Positions 8,168-17,557 of a DNA stretch of 17,557 nucleotides are shown here, in pieces. The notes under the pieces were generated by a model, which was given only the letters and a program-made list of their open reading frames with translations, was not told the DNA's origin and made no database searches. The first letter of the stretch is position 1, and each line of letters opens with the position of its first letter. The position numbers and the translations under genes were made by a program. This stretch comes from Promethearchaeota archaeon (GTDB lineage Archaea; Asgardarchaeota; Lokiarchaeia; Sigyniarchaeales; SOKP01), in NCBI GenBank assembly GCA_048937405.1, contig JBHLNF010000025.1, forward strand, positions 1 to 17,557. The letters run 5' to 3'.

Positions 8168-9454
8168 ATGAAAAATGTTTATACTTTTAAAAAAACTGAA
8201 ATTGGAATGATTCCAGAAGATTGGAGATTAGTCACTATCCCAGAAATAGCAGACAATTTTGACAAAATAAGGGAACCTTTAAGTTCTAAACAACGCTCTA
8301 AAATGAAAGGTAAATATCCTTACTATGGGGCGGCAAAGGTTATTGATTATATTAATGACTATAAATTCGAGGGAGACTATCTTCTTATAGCTGAGGATGG
8401 CTCAGTGACAAGCAATGGATCTAATCCCACTTTACAGCTAGCCCATGGAAAGTTTTGGGTGAGTAATCATGCTCATGTTCTACAATGTAAGTCATATGAA
8501 GATACTCTATTCTTATATTATCAATTAAAAAATACAGTAATTACTCCATTTATAACAGGAGCGGTTCAACCAAAGTTAAATCAAAAAAATCTAAACAGAA
8601 TTAAAATTGCATGGATTGATTCAGATTATGAACGGCATTTAATAACAAAAATTCTCTCTGATCTTGATAAAAAAATTGAACTTTACCATAAGATGAACGA
8701 AACCCTAGAAAAGATGACACAAGCGATCTTTAAATCTTGGTTTATCGATTTTGAACCTTTTCTAGATAAGGAATTCGAGGAAAGCAAGCTTGGAAGGATA
8801 CCAAAAGGGTGGAAAATTAAACCAATAGGAGAATTTGCAGATTTTTTAAGAGGTTTCTCATACAAAGGTACTGAAAAGTTTGATGCACCAAATGATTATG
8901 TTTTTATAACTCTAAATAATGTATTTGAAGGTGGAGGATTTAAACCAAAATACACTTGGTTAAAAAGTGAAAGGCTTAAGGAACGTTATTTTATAAAGGA
9001 AGGTGATTTAATAATTCCTAACACTGAACAAACTAAAGATGGCAGATTATTAGGATTCCCTGCGATTGTTTATTTTCCTTATAATTATAAAAAAAAGAAA
9101 GGTGTTTTTTCACATCACATAACTAAAATCATTCCAAAAAATAATAATCTTCTTTATTATTTATGCCTTGTATTGAAAATATTCCAAAAGGAAACCACTA
9201 CTTTTCATACTGGAACTACCGTATGGGGATTAGATATAAAGGGATTTAAAATGAATAAATTAGTAGCAGCTCCACCTGATCAGAAATTAAGTGAATTTAG
9301 TACTTTAGTTAAACCATATTTCAATAAAATTATTTCAAATTGTAAAGAAATTATGATTTTAGAAGAATTACGAGATCTCCTATTGCCACAATTAATGTCT
9401 GGGAGATTAAGAATTATAAATTCCCAAAAATTTCTGGAGGAGAACAGCAATTAG
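8168..9454 (+). CDS. hsdS: Type I restriction-modification system specificity subunit
   Basis: Two TRDs, each preceded by a conserved region ([10 protein letters not shown] / [10 protein letters not shown]). Helical spacers [10 protein letters not shown]...AQ-like TQAIFKSWF and [12 protein letters not shown]. Located between hsdM and hsdR. Confidence 0.95.
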   Translation: MKNVYTFKKTEIGMIPEDWRLVTIPEIADNFDKIREPLSSKQRSKMKGKYPYYGAAKVIDYINDYKFEGDYLLIAEDGSVTSNGSNPTLQLAHGKFWVSNHAHVLQCKSYEDTLFLYYQLKNTVITPFITGAVQPKLNQKNLNRIKIAWIDSDYERHLITKILSDLDKKIELYHKMNETLEKMTQAIFKSWFIDFEPFLDKEFEESKLGRIPKGWKIKPIGEFADFLRGFSYKGTEKFDAPNDYVFITLNNVFEGGGFKPKYTWLKSERLKERYFIKEGDLIIPNTEQTKDGRLLGFPAIVYFPYNYKKKKGVFSHHITKIIPKNNNLLYYLCLVLKIFQKETTTFHTGTTVWGLDIKGFKMNKLVAAPPDQKLSEFSTLVKPYFNKIISNCKEIMILEELRDLLLPQLMSGRLRIINSQKFLEENSN

Positions 9455-12400
9455 GATTACCGAGAATGAATTAGAAGAAATGTCACTTGAAATCCTTCAA
9501 GATATTGGATATGAGACTATTTATGGACCTGACATTGCATGTGATGGAAAAAATCCTGAAAGAGAGTCTTATCAAGATACAATTTTAGAAGCACGTTTGA
9601 ATTCTGCTCTTAGTAGATTAAATCCAAGTATACCTAAAGTAGCAATAAAAGATGCTTTAAGAAAAATTCATAAAATAGATTCTCCCGATTTGATAATTAA
9701 TAATAAATCTTTTCATAAAATGCTTGTTGAGGGTATTGAGGTGAAATATCAATATGAAGGACGCCAAAAGGGAGATATTGTACAGATTTTTGATTTCAAT
9801 GATGTAGATAATAATGATTGGCTAGCTGTTAATCAATATACAGTAATTGAAATGAAAAACCAAGTTATCTTCAATCGAAGACCTGATATAGTTTTATTTA
9901 TTAATGGAATCCCTGTAGTAGTTATAGAATTAAAGAATCCTGCAGATGAAAATACTACCGTTAAACAAGCATATAATCAGATTGAGACTTATAAAAACCA
10001 AATCTCTTCATTATTTCGGACAAATGAATTATTAGTCATAAGTGATGGATTTGAAGCAAAAGTTGGAAGCCTGTCAGCTAATTGGGAACGATATATGCCT
10101 TGGAAAACTATTGAGGGAGAGATAGAAACTGGTAACACTAGCTTTAAAATAGTTACATTGATTAGAGGGATACTTGATCCTGCTCGTTTGCTTGATTATA
10201 TTAGATATTTTATAACTTTTGAAGATGACGGAAGCGATATAATTAAAAAATCAGCAGCATATCATCAATTTCATGCGGTAAATAAAGCTATTAACGAAAC
10301 CTTGCGAGCAACGAGAGAAGAGGGAGATAAAAAAATAGGTGTAGTATGGCATACACAAGGGTCGGGGAAAAGCTTAACAATGCTATTTTACACAGGAAAA
10401 TTAATACAATCACTAAAAAATCCAACTATCTTACTGATTACTGATAGGAATGACCTTGACAATCAATTATTTAATACATTTTCACTTTCTAAAGACTTAA
10501 TAAGACAAATTCCTAGACAAGCGGATAGTAGAGATCAAATAAAAGAATTACTTACTACTTCTGGAGGTGGTGTTATCTTTTCTACAATTCAAAAATTTCT
10601 TCCTGAGAAAGGAACAGAATATCCTCGTCTCTCAGATCGAAACAATATTATTGTTATTGCTGACGAAGCGCATCGTAGTCAATATTCATTCAAAAAAACG
10701 GTATCCGATAAGGGATTATTAAAAGAAGGATTTGCAGCCCATATTCGAGAAGCTTTACCTAATGCTTCTTTTATTGGGTTTACGGCTACTCCAATCGAAT
10801 TAGTAGATAGAAACACATTTCAGGTTTTTGGTGATTATATAAGTATTTATGATATTTATCAATCAATTGAAGATAAATCAACGGTTCCAATTTACTATGA
10901 AAGTCGTTTGGTTAAATTAAAGCTAAATGAAGCCACAATACCTACCTTAGATGAAGAATTTGATGAAATTACAGAAGATGAGGAGGAATATGCTCGAGAA
11001 AAATTGAAATCAAAATGGTCTAGAGTTGCTGAATTAGCAGGAGATCCTGATAGATTAGAAGAAATCACAAATGATTTAGTTGAACATTTTGAAAATCGAA
11101 CTGACGCGGTTGAAGGCAAGGCACTAGTAGTTTGTATGAGTCGAGAGATTTGCGTTGATTTATACAATCAAATTATTAAAATACGTCCTAATTGGCATTC
11201 CGATGATGATACTAAAGGAGAGATAAAAGTAGTAATGAGTGGTTCTGCTAGTGATGTTCAAAAAATGCAACCTCATATTAGACCAAAACATAGAAGGGAA
11301 TTAATTAAAAAACGGTTAGTTGATCCTGAGGATCCTCTTAGAATTGTACTTGTTAGAGACATGTGGTTGACTGGTTTTGATGCCCCTTGTCTACATACGA
11401 TGTATATTGATAAACCAATGCAAGGACATAATCTTATGCAAGCTATTGCCCGTGTAAACCGCGTTTATAAGGATAAACCAGGCGGACTTATTGTTGATTA
11501 TATTGGAATCGGATATTTTTTAAAGTTAGCTTTATCTATGTATTCTAGCCAACAATCGCGAGAACAAACAGGAATACCTATTGAACAAGCTCTGGAATTA
11601 ATGCTAACTTATTATGAAATTGTTTCGGATATGTTCTTTGGATTTGATTATTCAAACTTTTTTAATGGGTCTCCTTTACAAAGATTACAATTATTACCTG
11701 CTGCTATGGAACATATTCTTCAATTAGAAGGAAGAGATGGAAAAAAAGAATTTTTGGATAATTTAGCAGCATTAAACAAGGCATTTTCATTAGCAACACC
11801 TCATGAAGAAGCTCTAGCAATTCGAGATGATCTAGCCTACTTTCAAGCAGTTCGAGCTGGATTTGTGAAATCAACAACTCCTTCAGGCAGAAGAAAAGAA
11901 GATATTGATCATGCGATAAGACAATTAATTTCAAGAGCTGTTATTTCAGATGAGGTTATAGATATATTTGAAGCAGCAGGATTACCAAAACCAGAAATCT
12001 CAATTTTATCGGAAAAATTCCTAAAAGAAGTAGAAGGTCTGGAGCATAAAAATTTAGCTGTGGAATTATTGAATAAACTTTTAAACGATCAAATAAAATC
12101 ACGAGCTAAGAAAAACCTCGTTCAATCAAGATCCTTTGCAGAATTATTACAAAAAGCAATTATTAAATATCAAAATCGAACAATTGAAGCAGCAAAAATT
12201 CTTGAAGAACTTTTGGAGTTAGCAAGGGAAATCCAAAAAGCTCAGAGTCGTGGAGAAGATTTAGGTTTAAATGATAATGAGGTTGCTTTTTATGATGCTC
12301 TAACTACTAATAAAAGTGCGGTTGAGATTATGGGAGATGAGCCGCTTAAAAAAATAGCTAAAGAGCTGGTACGAGAAGTAAGGAAATCAGCTACTATTGA

Positions 12401-12563
12401 TTTTACAGTAAAAGCAAGTGTTCAAGCAAAAATGAGAATTACTATCAGGAGATTATTAAAGAAATATAAATATCCTCCAGATCAACGACCTGAAGCTGTT
12501 AGGTTGATAATGGAACAAGCTCAATTATTTGGTGAAGAATGGGCTATAGCTACTGTTGTTTAA
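9450..12563 (+). CDS. hsdR: Type I restriction-modification system R subunit (endonuclease/SF2 translocase); tracked start 9480, probable start 9450
   Basis: PD-(D/E)xK nuclease [20 protein letters not shown], Walker [36 protein letters not shown]3387-like C-terminus. The in-frame upstream [10 protein letters not shown] matches the usual HsdR N-terminus and follows GGAGG at 9436-9440. Confidence 0.97.
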   Translation: MRITENELEEMSLEILQDIGYETIYGPDIACDGKNPERESYQDTILEARLNSALSRLNPSIPKVAIKDALRKIHKIDSPDLIINNKSFHKMLVEGIEVKYQYEGRQKGDIVQIFDFNDVDNNDWLAVNQYTVIEMKNQVIFNRRPDIVLFINGIPVVVIELKNPADENTTVKQAYNQIETYKNQISSLFRTNELLVISDGFEAKVGSLSANWERYMPWKTIEGEIETGNTSFKIVTLIRGILDPARLLDYIRYFITFEDDGSDIIKKSAAYHQFHAVNKAINETLRATREEGDKKIGVVWHTQGSGKSLTMLFYTGKLIQSLKNPTILLITDRNDLDNQLFNTFSLSKDLIRQIPRQADSRDQIKELLTTSGGGVIFSTIQKFLPEKGTEYPRLSDRNNIIVIADEAHRSQYSFKKTVSDKGLLKEGFAAHIREALPNASFIGFTATPIELVDRNTFQVFGDYISIYDIYQSIEDKSTVPIYYESRLVKLKLNEATIPTLDEEFDEITEDEEEYAREKLKSKWSRVAELAGDPDRLEEITNDLVEHFENRTDAVEGKALVVCMSREICVDLYNQIIKIRPNWHSDDDTKGEIKVVMSGSASDVQKMQPHIRPKHRRELIKKRLVDPEDPLRIVLVRDMWLTGFDAPCLHTMYIDKPMQGHNLMQAIARVNRVYKDKPGGLIVDYIGIGYFLKLALSMYSSQQSREQTGIPIEQALELMLTYYEIVSDMFFGFDYSNFFNGSPLQRLQLLPAAMEHILQLEGRDGKKEFLDNLAALNKAFSLATPHEEALAIRDDLAYFQAVRAGFVKSTTPSGRRKEDIDHAIRQLISRAVISDEVIDIFEAAGLPKPEISILSEKFLKEVEGLEHKNLAVELLNKLLNDQIKSRAKKNLVQSRSFAELLQKAIIKYQNRTIEAAKILEELLELAREIQKAQSRGEDLGLNDNEVAFYDALTTNKSAVEIMGDEPLKKIAKELVREVRKSATIDFTVKASVQAKMRITIRRLLKKYKYPPDQRPEAVRLIMEQAQLFGEEWAIATVV

Positions 12564-12598
12564 ATTTGTAAAAATATAATATATATTTCATCTAAAAG

Positions 12599-12784
12599 TT
12601 ATTTTCCAAAAATTTCAAATTGTTCAAAAGACTTAATTTTACCAATAGTAATTTCACTTTTTATTTCTGTCGATTCATAAACATCAATTCTTTGTTTTGA
12701 ATTATCTGCTGTGATGTATATATAAGGACCAAATGATTTTATTAAACTATCTTCGTTATTAGATTTATAAATATTTTTTTCCAT
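12599..12784 (-). CDS. Small hypothetical protein, 61 aa, downstream of the SDH protease
   Basis: ATG start 17 nt after the protease stop, with purine-rich GAGATGA upstream and the same orientation. Confidence 0.5.
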   Translation of the reverse strand: MEKNIYKSNNEDSLIKSFGPYIYITADNSKQRIDVYESTEIKSEITIGKIKSFEQFEIFGK

Positions 12785-12801
12785 AATTTCATCTCTTTAA
12801 A

Positions 12802-13914
12802 TTAATCTTCATTTTTAAAGAATTTCCAACCCTGTGATATAGGTATCGTATTAACTTTTATATTCATGTCTGGCATCCGAAGCGCATTTATTTTTCCTTT
12901 TGTTTTATATTCACTTCTACATCTGGTGCTCTCTAAAATAGCAATAAAGTTTTCATATTCTACTGGAGGGATAGATTTAATATTTATAGATTGTATGATT
13001 TTTTGATATACATTTTGTAGTAGTTGGGGAGGTAGATTCTGAGGGATTTGAATTTGAGATACAGTTTCTATTAGTTTTGAGACCTCTTCATCTTTTAAAA
13101 TGATTTCTAATGGATTAAAAGGCCAATTACACTGCATTTCGTTTTCAATATCCTCCCAAACATTCCACATTAACTTTTCAAGATTATCATCTGGATCAAT
13201 TACTTTTAAACCTATAGATCTCGCTTCTGTTTTACCCAATGGATATCCGTGGTCATAAAAAGAAGTATTTAAAGATTCTACAATTGTTTCTACTTCATCT
13301 TCATCCTCCATATGCGTTTTTAATAATTTCTTGCTTAATGAAGATGATAGATGAGAAACACGTTTTGCTATTCCAATTGGAATAGATCCGACATCTTTAC
13401 ACATTATCTCAAAAGAATTTTGCAGTTGTTTTTGATCAGATATACCTACATCCTTTTTAATGAAATCTAGATAATATTTTAGATCTTCTGGACCAAAATG
13501 AAATTTTTGTGGAACTGCCTGCCCTGGTTCTTTTTTATAATAAGTTAATTGAGGATCAACTGGACCTAAATTGGAAAAGGGATGCATTATTATTTCATCA
13601 GCACCTAATGCTATCAGTGTGGCAGCACTATAAGCCGCGTATGGAAGCAATGCCCCAATTTTTTCAAATCTTTCTCTTAGCATACAAATTATGCGCCAAG
13701 AAACTAATGCATCACCTCCATTACTTATTATTAAAATATCAATTTCCTTTTTATCCTTTGGTATTTCAATAAGTTGCTTTGCAAGCTCAGAAACTATATC
13801 AGGTGCAATCAATCCTGATGCATTACTTCTAATACTAGTTACATATACTAATAAAGGTCTATTTCTTATATCTTCAATACTTTTATATAATTCTATTCGG
13901 TTATTGTAAGTCAT
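12802..13914 (-). CDS. SDH-family Clp-fold serine protease (ClpP/S49-like)
   Basis: IDILIISNGGD, AYSAATLIALGADEIIM (catalytic Ser), LGPVDPQ (Asp) and HGYPL (His), with EARSIGL downstream: the Ser-Asp-His order of the SDH_sah family. Confidence 0.88.
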   Translation of the reverse strand: MTYNNRIELYKSIEDIRNRPLLVYVTSIRSNASGLIAPDIVSELAKQLIEIPKDKKEIDILIISNGGDALVSWRIICMLRERFEKIGALLPYAAYSAATLIALGADEIIMHPFSNLGPVDPQLTYYKKEPGQAVPQKFHFGPEDLKYYLDFIKKDVGISDQKQLQNSFEIMCKDVGSIPIGIAKRVSHLSSSLSKKLLKTHMEDEDEVETIVESLNTSFYDHGYPLGKTEARSIGLKVIDPDDNLEKLMWNVWEDIENEMQCNWPFNPLEIILKDEEVSKLIETVSQIQIPQNLPPQLLQNVYQKIIQSINIKSIPPVEYENFIAILESTRCRSEYKTKGKINALRMPDMNIKVNTIPISQGWKFFKNED

Positions 13915-14106
13915 TAGATTTCATTATTCCTTTGTGTTGAATAATATATACATTATAATCTAGTAAAGAAAATATTATAATATTTGCGAAATCGTGAAAT
14001 AACCGTAAATATCTATTAGATTTTAAAATACGAAATAGAAGAAGAGGAGTCTACTCTAAAATTTAAAAAACAATGGTAAATATGATTTTTCTATAAAATA
14101 ATTAAA

Positions 14107-14535
14107 TTATTTTTTATCTAATTGGTAATTACATAGTTCATCGCAAATTTTAGTATAGGGATTTTCTCGACTCACATGAAAGAACTCTACCTTTTCATAT
14201 TTCTTACATAACTGGTACACTTTACTGCGCAATTCCATAAGGTGTGGGTAATTTACCTTCCATTTCTTGTTAATCTGCTGGACTGCTAATTTATTGTCAG
14301 AATAGATTTGAATTCGACCATTATGGAACTTTTCAGCTCCTTTTAATGCGTTGATAATTGCCGTATACTCTGCAGTGTTGTTAGTTGATGTTCCAATATA
14401 TCCAGAACCTTTATGAATAATTTTGTCATTATCAACAAATATAAAAGCATAGGCTGCTGGTCCGGGATTACCCCGTGCCGCACCATCAGTGTATATCTTT
14501 AGAGTATTTCCTCGTTTAATTGAGACACTACTCAT
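14107..14535 (-). CDS. rnhA: Ribonuclease HI family protein (archaeal-type)
   Basis: YTDGAARGNPGPA (D17), TNNTAEY (E56), YSD (D80), HVSRE and CDEL (D132) give an intact DEDD set. GGAG RBS upstream. Confidence 0.92.
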   Translation of the reverse strand: MSSVSIKRGNTLKIYTDGAARGNPGPAAYAFIFVDNDKIIHKGSGYIGTSTNNTAEYTAIINALKGAEKFHNGRIQIYSDNKLAVQQINKKWKVNYPHLMELRSKVYQLCKKYEKVEFFHVSRENPYTKICDELCNYQLDKK

Positions 14536-14668
14536 GTTTGATCTCCATCTAATTTCTTACAAATTCTGTTTCTTTCAATTCAATATTGTTTGTAATATAC
14601 TTTTGATATAAGAAATCATTGGTTGTTTACCCTTTTTTCATTTATAAACTATGAGAATAATTTGATCT

Positions 14669-14959
14669 ATGAAGAAGATGATAAAAAATCAAAAGTATAA
14701 CGAGAATCAACTCCACCTCAATCAATATTCTAACGGTCAATTAGCAGTATATTTACTTGGTCAAACAGGTGAACCTATAGCAGAACTCTCAATAATGCAC
14801 GATTCAGTGGAACTTGCTTTAAATGAATTTGTTTTGAAAGATTATTCTGAAAATAGTGATTTAGCTACAGAACTCTTAGAATCAAATCTTATTGTATCTA
14901 CTGATAGATATATTTTAATTGGATCACATCTATGTCCTATTTGTCAAGTTATATCCTAA
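14669..14959 (+). CDS. Hypothetical protein, DUF4313-like
   Basis: YSNGQLAVYL...GEPIAELSI...LALNEFVLKDYSEN...STDRYILIG...CPIC resembles the DUF4313 pattern (recognised from memory, not searched). It overlaps the convergent helicase gene by 4 nt. Confidence 0.55.
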   Translation: MKKMIKNQKYNENQLHLNQYSNGQLAVYLLGQTGEPIAELSIMHDSVELALNEFVLKDYSENSDLATELLESNLIVSTDRYILIGSHLCPICQVIS

Positions 14960-16728
14960 ACTTGTTCTGATTCTAAAGATTTTATTAGATCTGTATATCC
15001 AGTACCACTCAAAATTAGTCTTTTTCGAGATCTCGTCATACCTACATAAAGTAATTGACGATCCTTATTTGTTTTATACTTATCTAATTCAGGAATGATT
15101 ATAGTATCTGCTTCCAAACCTTTTGTACCATAAAGTGTCCCAATTAATAATCCTGGGGTTTCAAAATTATAATCTTCTAAGTCTCTCCATTGGAGATTGT
15201 TTTTTCTAAGATAATCGAAAAAACTTAAATCATAATTTCTTTTTGCCATATTATATTTAAAAAGAATTAAAATTTCATCAGGGTTTTTCAAATATCGAGC
15301 AACTTTTTCAGTTAGCTTCAAATACTCCTCTTGACGATTTTTTGATATCAAAATTTCTACAGTTCCATGTTCACCAGCAAAATCTTTTGTTGAGATGAAT
15401 TCATCAAAATGATCAAGTAGTTTAATAAGATTTTGAGGTATTGTTTTCTGAGCTATTGCACCAATTTCTATGGGAACACGATAAGATTTCTCAAATCTTT
15501 TTACTCTCCCTTTTGCTTGAATCCCAACATTAATCCAATAAAATTTCTTACGTGCATAGATACCTTGAAGACCATCACAAGTAATTAATAATGAATTGGT
15601 CTCAGGATTTAAAACTTGCATAATTGGGAGAAACCAATCTTTTTCGAAGTCTTGAGCCTCATCAATTAAAATCGCATCATAAATTACTTTATTCTCACCC
15701 AAGACTTTTAACATTTGCATAAATATCTTTGGAACAAAGTATTGAAAAAATTCAGTCATTATATTCTCCTTTTCAGCTTTTTTCTCTGCTTCATTGTATA
15801 TCTTAGTAAATTCATTATTAGCACTTAAAATGTAATTTCTTGCCCAGCTATGAAACGTATTAACCGTTATATTTGCTTCATAATCTTGGGGATTGAATAA
15901 TTGGAATAATAAATTTTTAAGCAATTTATTATAGCATAAGATTAAGATTTTCCAATCAGGATGACGTTTTGCTAAGATTCTGGCACGAGCTATCAAAAGA
16001 ACAGTTTTCCCACTTCCTGCAACACCAAAAATTAATCGATGACCTGCCCCTAATTCTCTTGCCATACGTTCTTGTTCTTGATCCAAAAGTTTGATTTTAT
16101 CTCCATCTGAAAAATATTTTAAAAGATTAGCTTGCTGAGGAGTTGGCAATCTACAGGTTGGAATTATATTAGCCCTTAGTAATTCAAATTGTTTATATGA
16201 AATCTTAAAATTCAAAGGGAAAATGTCATTACAAAATTCCGTAAACTTATCATTCCAATCAAATACTTCCTTAAAACATAAATGAATTTTAGAAGGCGCT
16301 ACGCTTTTAATTTGCTCAGCAACATAATCATCTTGCGAAATTTGACTAAAACCGACTATTCTAGTTATTGGAATATCAATCGGTTCAGAAAAGTTACAAT
16401 ATTCAATTCTATCTTTTATCGCACGCCAGTATTGATACAATTGATCAAACGGATTCTTGATTGGTATGGTATTGTCATCTTTTAATCGTTCCCATTTGCC
16501 CGATTTAGTTATTGTTTTAAGATATTCGCCAGAATAATCTTTAATTTCAACAACTACAACACCATATTTCAGAGAGATTAAAACAAAATCAGGATGGAGA
16601 TCTCCGATATATGGTTCAAAATAGCCAATTAGGTGGTTTTCATTAAGAAAAACTTGATCAATTCGCGAAAAGAATCTCTTTTCTCCATCAGTGGCAGTTA
16701 AAGGTGGTATACTAAGGAAATTTGCCAT
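14956..16728 (-). CDS. NERD nuclease + UvrD-like superfamily I helicase fusion, 590 aa
   Basis: NERD: GEKRFF, HPDFVLI...GVVVVEIKD, KNPFDQ. Helicase: GVAGSGKT (Walker A), TFHSW, DEAQD, KSYR, KGLEAD, LYVGMTRSR. Confidence 0.92.
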   Translation of the reverse strand: MANFLSIPPLTATDGEKRFFSRIDQVFLNENHLIGYFEPYIGDLHPDFVLISLKYGVVVVEIKDYSGEYLKTITKSGKWERLKDDNTIPIKNPFDQLYQYWRAIKDRIEYCNFSEPIDIPITRIVGFSQISQDDYVAEQIKSVAPSKIHLCFKEVFDWNDKFTEFCNDIFPLNFKISYKQFELLRANIIPTCRLPTPQQANLLKYFSDGDKIKLLDQEQERMARELGAGHRLIFGVAGSGKTVLLIARARILAKRHPDWKILILCYNKLLKNLLFQLFNPQDYEANITVNTFHSWARNYILSANNEFTKIYNEAEKKAEKENIMTEFFQYFVPKIFMQMLKVLGENKVIYDAILIDEAQDFEKDWFLPIMQVLNPETNSLLITCDGLQGIYARKKFYWINVGIQAKGRVKRFEKSYRVPIEIGAIAQKTIPQNLIKLLDHFDEFISTKDFAGEHGTVEILISKNRQEEYLKLTEKVARYLKNPDEILILFKYNMAKRNYDLSFFDYLRKNNLQWRDLEDYNFETPGLLIGTLYGTKGLEADTIIIPELDKYKTNKDRQLLYVGMTRSRKRLILSGTGYTDLIKSLESEQV

Positions 16729-16879
16729 TTTCTTATAATTATTTCATCTAATTCTAAATCATTGGTTTTATATAAATATAAATCATATATTTTCTATATA
16801 AAATTTAAGTGAATCAATCAATCTTTCAAAGTGAAAAATATGAAAATATTAATTCAATTTAATTAAAGGTGATTTCAAA

Positions 16880-17329
16880 GTGAATTTTGAAAATGAAGAA
16901 TTCATACTAACTTGGGATGAGTTAAAACTTTTAGTAGAGAATTCTATATCTTATATAAAACAAGGATTAAGTGAAGCAGGATATAACATAGATCAAATTC
17001 ATCAACGCCCGAATTTGAAAAAAATTTATGATCAAATTATACAAATAAAAGATAAATTCAATTTTGATGAAAAATTGATTCAATGGATGGAAAGACAAAA
17101 GAAAATTGTTAGGGAAGAAAACAAAAGAAGTGAAGAAGAAAGAAAACATAAGACATTGAATAAACTAAAAGAAATTAGTAAAAAATATCCAAGAATATTA
17201 ATTGATGAAATTGCTAATTTAGTTGGAGAGCAACCACCATATTTTATGACAATATTGAAGGAGTTAGAAGAAAAAGGAGAATTAAAATTTCAATATATTA
17301 AAAGTACACATGCAATCCTTTTTGAATAA
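16880..17329 (+). CDS. Coiled-coil + C-terminal PCI/winged-helix-like protein, 149 aa
   Basis: GTG start 7 nt after AGGTGA (16867-16872). The C-terminus KKYPRILIDEIANLVG...ILKELEEKGELKFQYIKSTHAILF fits the PCI-type winged helix common in Lokiarchaeia. Confidence 0.7.
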   Translation: MNFENEEFILTWDELKLLVENSISYIKQGLSEAGYNIDQIHQRPNLKKIYDQIIQIKDKFNFDEKLIQWMERQKKIVREENKRSEEERKHKTLNKLKEISKKYPRILIDEIANLVGEQPPYFMTILKELEEKGELKFQYIKSTHAILFE

Positions 17330-17404
17330 TAAAGACTTTTCTTTTTTATTAAAAGTACACATGCAATCCTTTTTGAATAATAAAGACTTTTCTTTTTTAT
17401 TAAA
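17297..17404 (+). repeat. Perfect 51-bp tandem duplication (17297-17347, 17348-17398, plus 6-nt partial)
   Basis: Unit ATTAAAAGTACACATGCAATCCTTTTTGAATAATAAAGACTTTTCTTTTTT. TATTAAA microhomology at 17296, 17347 and 17398. Confidence 0.95.
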
Positions 17405-17557
17405 TCTAACATATTTTCTTAGTTAATATTATTAAAATAATATCTTCATATATACTTCTATATTATTATTCTTCGTGAAGCGGTTATAAAATAATTTTAT
17501 TAATTCTTGAAGCCAAAACGTAATAGGATATAATTGTCTTAATAAAATTTGAACAAA

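Noticed and set aside
8168-9454. Phase-variable or shufflon hsdS
   Set aside because: Single hsdS with no silent TRD copies, no recombinase and no obvious inverted repeats or SSR tract.
6511-11934. Minus-strand ORFs 6511-6726, 8683-8865, 10895-11167 and 11704-11934
   Set aside because: All are antisense shadows within hsdM, hsdS or hsdR.
13509-13909. Plus-strand ORFs 13509-13772 and 13691-13909
   Set aside because: Antisense to the well-supported SDH protease.
14107-14535. RNase H as part of a retron or retroelement
   Set aside because: No reverse transcriptase or integrase in the window. The sequence is an ordinary stand-alone RNase HI.
16282-17149. ORFs 16282-16485 (+) and 16967-17149 (-)
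   Set aside because: Antisense shadows of the NERD-helicase and PCI-like genes.
17297-17404. CRISPR array
   Set aside because: Two abutting identical units with no spacer, overlapping a coding 3' end, and no cas genes in the window.

Overview
AT-rich archaeal window. Two Roadblock/LC7 genes of the Lokiarchaeia-like type, a C-terminal PCI-like protein and AGGTGA/GGAGG ribosome-binding sites suggest an Asgard archaeon (inference, not a search result). The left part (1-3.3 kb) holds a truncated cupin gene and an intergenic array of TTGTATA/TATACAA boxes. It also holds a winged-helix + coiled-coil + Roadblock fusion that the ORF track truncates (true ORF about 1030-1854, apparent ATA start), a convergent stand-alone Roadblock gene bracketed by a duplicated gene 3' end, and a hypothetical gene. 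The rest (3.5-16.7 kb) looks like a defence island: a repeat/Zn-ribbon/GIY-YIG-like gene broken by one in-frame TAA, an operon of two different HEPN (RxxxxH) proteins divergent from a complete Type I R-M system (hsdM-hsdS-hsdR), an SDH-family Clp-fold protease with a small partner ORF, RNase HI, a DUF4313-like protein and a NERD-UvrD nuclease-helicase. The window ends with a PCI-like gene whose 3' end is perfectly duplicated in tandem (51 bp). The best candidates for novel systems are the wHTH-Roadblock regulator with its operator array and free Roadblock partner, and the twin-HEPN operon next to the Type I R-M. No tRNA, rRNA, CRISPR array, integrase or transposase was seen.
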